From the human T2T-CHM13v2.0 reference genome, Homo sapiens, in the NCBI RefSeq assembly GCF_009914755.1, contig NC_060925.1: a stretch of 64,000 nt of DNA; one strand, given 5' to 3'. Within the stretch, counting starts at the first letter, position 1. Every line of letters begins with the position of its first letter. Both the position numbers and the translations under genes were made by a program. The notes under the pieces were generated by a model. It saw nothing but the letters and a program-made list of their open reading frames with translations, ran no database searches and was not told the origin of the DNA. Below, in pieces: positions 58,812 to 64,000 of the stretch.

Positions 58812-58851
<40 letters not shown>

Positions 58852-58860
58852 AGAGACAGA
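58812..58860. repeat. (TG)~18 followed by (GA)n microsatellite
   Basis: Direct inspection. Confidence 0.97.
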
Positions 58861-59039
58861 GAACAAGTACACATACATATACACATACCTATATAAAAAT
58901 ATATGTGCACATATACACATACCTTTAATTAATAAATAATATTTGAATCACCAAATAAATGTTAAGCTTAAGACACTAAAAACATAAATTGTTAGTTTTC
59001 TCTATGTTCATTCAACTGGTGGCTTGGCAAAATGTTATC

Positions 59040-59620
59040 GTATTAGGGTGTTACCTTGTCTGTAAGAGTAGAAACTAAGAACAGGGCTCCTTTTCAAAAA
59101 GTTTCCTTGAGAAGATAACTCAGGGAATAGGAATGAAGAACAGAGGGAATGAAGCAGAGAAAGTAAAGCCAATAGAGAAATGAGTTACTGAGTTTGCCAC
59201 CCATACTTAATTGGCTATTTTATCTCCAGGAACTTCTGAGAAGCATTAGTGTGTGTGTGCACGCATGTGTGTGTGTGTGTGTATATATATATATAAAATA
59301 ACTCTCTGCCAATGGGAAGAAAGGAGAAAGCACTTGTCCCTCAGCTTCCGTAGTTATTGGTCAAGGGTTGCCCTATAGGAGTAACCATTCCACACAAGCT
59401 ACACATGAAGGAATGGCAAAATGGTTCCCATGGGTAACTCAAAGGTTAGCCCCAAGGTAAGAAGCCAGACATCATTGAAGCTATATTTAGCAAAGCACAT
59501 AGATTGCACCTGAGCAAAAGTGGCAGAAGTCTGTTTAAAATTATTTGTTATAGCAGTGACTAAAATAACAACAAAGGAAAAGAATCTGAAGAAAGCAGCA
59601 CACACACAACAGGTATCCAA
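59040..59620 (-). mobile_element. LTR33-family ERVL LTR (3' LTR of the adjacent provirus relic)
   Basis: aaagccaatagagaaatgagttactgagtttgccac...cttccgtagttattggtcaagggttgccc resembles LTR33; abuts ERVL internal sequence. Confidence 0.65.
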
Positions 59621-62040
59621 TACAGTTTACTTTTTGCATCATTCAGATTTACTCATGCCTTCTGTGAAATCCAATATATCACCAGGGGTGGCAAGGCACA
59701 TTATTTGTTTACAAAGATACAAGACAGTTTGCAAAACAAGCAACATTCTATGCTCCAGTCACTCACCTTGAGGACATAACTGCTATTCATCACCTCTCTC
59801 CTTTATCACTAATTCTAGATTTCATTTGTGCTTTGTTAGAATTTTGGCTAGTCAAGGCTGACTGCTTTGTGACATGACCCATGTCACTCTCCCCAAAGAG
59901 TTTGAGACTTTGGTTAACTTGCTCTTGTTGCAATGTGGTTGCTAAAATTGTCCGGTTGCCGCTATCATCAGTCAGGGAAGTACTCCAGGGAACAGGCCAA
60001 GTGAACTCCACACACATACCCAGTCTCATTTTATAGTCACAAGAGTAACTTTTCATGCTTATCACGACAATTATCAATTACTTATACACATAAAATAATT
60101 GTTTTGGTTTGGTTTTATTTTTCCACTGAGCCACTGGACCAAGATTTTTAATCAAATGGAGCCTATAGTTTTGAAGCAAAAATCTGCACATGGGTTAGCA
60201 GGAATGATAGAGAAAAGGCCTAATCATACATTTCCCTTTGGCTCTTGGCTCAATGTCCTATAGATTTTGGTAATATATGACCATATATTAGCTATTGATT
60301 CAGCTCATATATCTCCATCCTAGAGGTCAGCACCCCTGTCTATAGGTTATTAAGTTTTAGCTGAACACTACCAGTCTATACCACCATGTTTTTAAGTCCA
60401 GTTCCTGATTCTTCTGGATTCCATCATCATTCATCTATATTGAACCTTCTTTGCTGAAATATGAAGTTTAACCTGAGGCAATTTTATATGGTATATCACA
60501 GCAATACACAGGGCATGTGTAAGCCCTTAAATAAAAGTGCCAACACCAGTACTGTGGCAATGGAGGGCAAACTCACAACTGTATTAGCTATAAAGGAAAA
60601 ATCTCTAGAAGGAGTCAGATATAATCTCCTTACCTTAAAGAAGCAGGATAGTCATTCTGAATGATGGTGCTTCTCAGAATCAGTCTCTGCTGCTCAGTGG
60701 CTGGACACTGAGTAGTTGGAGTAGTTTGACAGTCTAGATGAGACTACTGGGCCCATGTAAAGCCTCCATCACTGCGGCCATGGCCACAACTTTCATAGGC
60801 CCATCATGCAATCACTGGTGTGACCAAAGAAGGAGGGTGCATCACCCTTTCCACTTTTCTCTTGAGTGCTGCCTTTGTGGTTTGATGGATGCAAAGGATT
60901 TATGGGTAAAAATATTGAAACTCTGCAATACCTATAGATGCCTCTTTCCAGATGTCTCTTTCCCAGAATTTGCTTGCCCTCATTCATCGTTTTTTTTTTT
61001 TTGCCCCTGAAAAACCCAGTCAATGTATTCAGCATTAGCCATACTCCAGAGCAGTTCTTAATCCCTATGAATTTAGTAATAAATATATTGTTCACAGTTG
61101 TGCTGGGAGCAGTTTCTTTTCACACTGTCCTTTAGGACCACTCCTAACTAAAGTTCAGCAGACATCTGTTTTTAGCTAGCCATAGAATATGGCCATCTAG
61201 GAAGCTGGCCAGGTGGAGAAAAGTTCCAATAAATCATAGGTATGAGTTGGAGAGATGTTAATACAGCATGAATAAACATCACAAAAGTTCAGGCCACCTA
61301 ATCATGTAATTTTACACACACCGTCTTGAACTACTCAAGTCCAATTCTCATCATGCCATTTCCACTGAACAACGAATTCCTTCTTTGTTCTTGTGGCTTT
61401 TTGCAGTAGATAAAGTAATACCCTACTCAACATGGTAAATGCAGGTCCCATGTTTAGGAACTCAGTCTACTAATACCCACTAGCACACCAGGGGTCTGTC
61501 ACAGATGGCATTGCCTTTCTCTATAACCTTCCTGGAACTCTGCTATTGGGATTACCAGAGACATATGTACACAGCATCTTTTACAATTGTGATATCTCTG
61601 ACACCATCAGTTTCCTGGAAGGTATGGCACAGAGAGAAGACATCTTGTACTGAAACCTAAACTTTCTACAGAGGCCTCTTTTACTCTGGGTCCCACTTTT
61701 TAGTTACATGATAAGTAGGTTGAAAGAGTATCCCTTAGTTTGGCGTAACCTATCTCCAAAATCTAAGGCTCACCAAAAGCTTTCTTATGATAGAGAGTGC
61801 AACGCATGGCGACTTTGTTCTTACCACATGCCCCAGACTGTTTTACTTCAAACAATCCACACTTTGGTCCATATATAGGCATCTAATCTGTCTACTAATT
61901 TCTGTTTACCAAGTCCAATTAACATGTTTTCATTACTTGAATGTACCAAAGTGATGAAGAATCCTGTGAGAGCTGAACATATATATCTCCAGGGCAATAA
62001 AGTGAATTTACATTCCTGTTCTTCCCATATCAAAAGCAAA
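59620..62040 (-). pseudogene. Decayed ERVL internal region (pol: RT, RNase H-side, integrase remnants)
   Basis: Minus-strand translation: WEEQECKFTLLPWRYICS..ITLVHSSNENMLIG (cf. ERVL WQGQQYTFTVLPQGYINS..ITLVHYIDDIMLIG) at 61848-62039; LVC*WVLV../EFLNMGPAFTM (cf. LACYWALVETERLTMGHQVTM) at ~61430-61495; PVIA*WAYESCGHGRSDGGFTWAQ (cf. PVIAQWAHEQSGHGGRDGGYAWAQ) at ~60745-60820. Confidence 0.88.
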
Positions 62041-62979
62041 ACATTTTTTGATCATCTTTAACAGTTAGTAACATGTTTAAGTAAGTTGATTTTTAGTAAA
62101 GTACCCTATGAAATCCCTCCCCTTCAAGAATGTGTTAGCTATTTTGAGGTCTTTTCTACATATATAAATATTACAATAAACTTGAAAAGTGTCTCACAAA
62201 ATACTTTGGATTTTTGTTTGGAAATGCTTTCATCTTGTACTATATTTGAATAGAATTGATATATTTTTAGTATTTCCTCTTCACATTTGTGAATATTTAG
62301 GTTTCCATAAACGTCTTTCAAAAATGTTTCTAATTATGTGCAGTAGGTCTGGCAAATATGTTAGGCTTATTCCTGCATACCTTAAATTTTATTATTTATT
62401 ATAAATAATATTTTAAGATGTATTTAAATTTCTAACTGCATATATTGATACATATATTTGGAGTTGAATATGTAATACTGACTTTAAATCTGTATCACCT
62501 GTGAATCAGTTTGTTTCTCTGCAATCCTTATGCACCTTTAATTTTTTTTTGTCGTACTCTACTGGCTACTATCTATTGTACAATGTTGAATAAAAGCAGT
62601 GGCACCCTATACTGTTGACTCGTTTATTTTAAAGAATCACATATATTTTTCTTTTTCTCAAATAACTCTGAGCCATGAAAATTTAGGGTAGAATTTGTAG
62701 CTTCAAGCCACATGACAAAAGACAGTTACCAAGGAAAATAATTCTATACTGTTAATTATATGCCAAGAAGTGTAAAAGTGCCTTTTACATATATTTTCAT
62801 TAATCTTTATTAAAATATAAGGTAGAAATATTTATTAGGTTCATTTTATAGAATGGTAAAGAGAATATTGTCTAAATTATATAGCTAGTAAGTAGTTGAG
62901 CAGGGCTTAATAATTGGGTAGTTTGTCTTTCGAATTCATATTTTTAACTTCATTATGTTGCACTAGAAATTTATCAGGA

Positions 62980-63313
<334 letters not shown>

Positions 63314-63374
63314 TTATCTGTGAAAATCCAAATTATATTTTCCCTGATTTTATTTTTCGGACATCTAGCTATGA

Positions 63375-63515
63375 CTTCTCTTTCTCTCTTTTTTTTTTTC
63401 CTTCCTTCCTTCCTTCCTTCCTTCCTTCCTTCATTTGTCGCTCCCTCTCTCCCTCTCTCTCTTTTTCTCTTTCTCTCTTTTTCTCTCTTTCTCTCTTTCT
63501 TTCTCTTTCTTCTTA
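63375..63515. repeat. Polypyrimidine microsatellite: (TTCC)~8, (TC)n, (TTTC)n
   Basis: Direct inspection. Confidence 0.95.
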
Positions 63516-64000
63516 TTTTAATAAAGTGAAACAGCACAGTATTTTCAGAAGAAAATTAGCACATATATAAATGCACATATTTCACTTGTACAAATTTCAT
63601 ATATATCAAGGCATTTGCTTAAGATTTTAAAGAACCAGATGTTTTATGACCTGTAAATAGTGAGTTTTGCCTCTAAAGCTATTTTTTAATGTGTTTGGTT
63701 CCAACTTGGCCTCTAATATATCTACATGTGCTTTTTGGAAAAAAAATCAATCTACTAGCACTAAATTTTTCAAACTTCAATCTGATAAGCACAAATTCAA
63801 TCATCAAATGTTCTCTGGGAGCTCTTACCCAAGATTCATAGTTGCACATGGTTGCACACTGTGATAGAAGAATGCACCACTGGCTAGAACTGGCTCAAAT
63901 TGATATTTAATCATTCTTTTTATGCTCTGAGTGGCATACAATTTTACAAATAAATAAATAAAACACCAAGTTGGAAGCAAATTCTAAAATGTTCAAGATT

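Overview
AT-rich, repeat-dense primate genomic DNA, intronic or intergenic. AluY, L1PA3-like, LTR12 and a snaR-ancestor-like element point to a hominoid, probably human. I can support no protein-coding exon; the ORFs I could place derive from Alu, L1, LTR, Tigger or microsatellite sequence, and the rest are short and unrecognised. The window holds about 12 Alus, a 12.7-kb L1 cluster carrying an LTR12 solo LTR, a full MaLR (MLT1) provirus with two nested MaLR LTRs, Tigger1/Tigger2a/MER44A/MADE1 DNA-transposon relics, and a decayed ERVL provirus whose RT, RNase H-region and integrase motifs are still readable. Three structures stand out. (1) At 49649-50229 an 85-nt snaR/CAS-like Pol III small-RNA copy ending A22-CTTT is fused directly to a 5'-truncated young L1 inside one target-site duplication, a candidate small-RNA/L1 chimera of the U6/L1 type. 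(2) At 29294-31773 two templated insertions appear reciprocal across about 2 kb, one of them landing inside a tiny twin-primed L1. (3) At 24021-24697 there is an unexplained inverted repeat with ~200-bp arms at ~85% identity. Subfamily names are recalled from consensus sequences, not searched, and boundaries of old elements are approximate.
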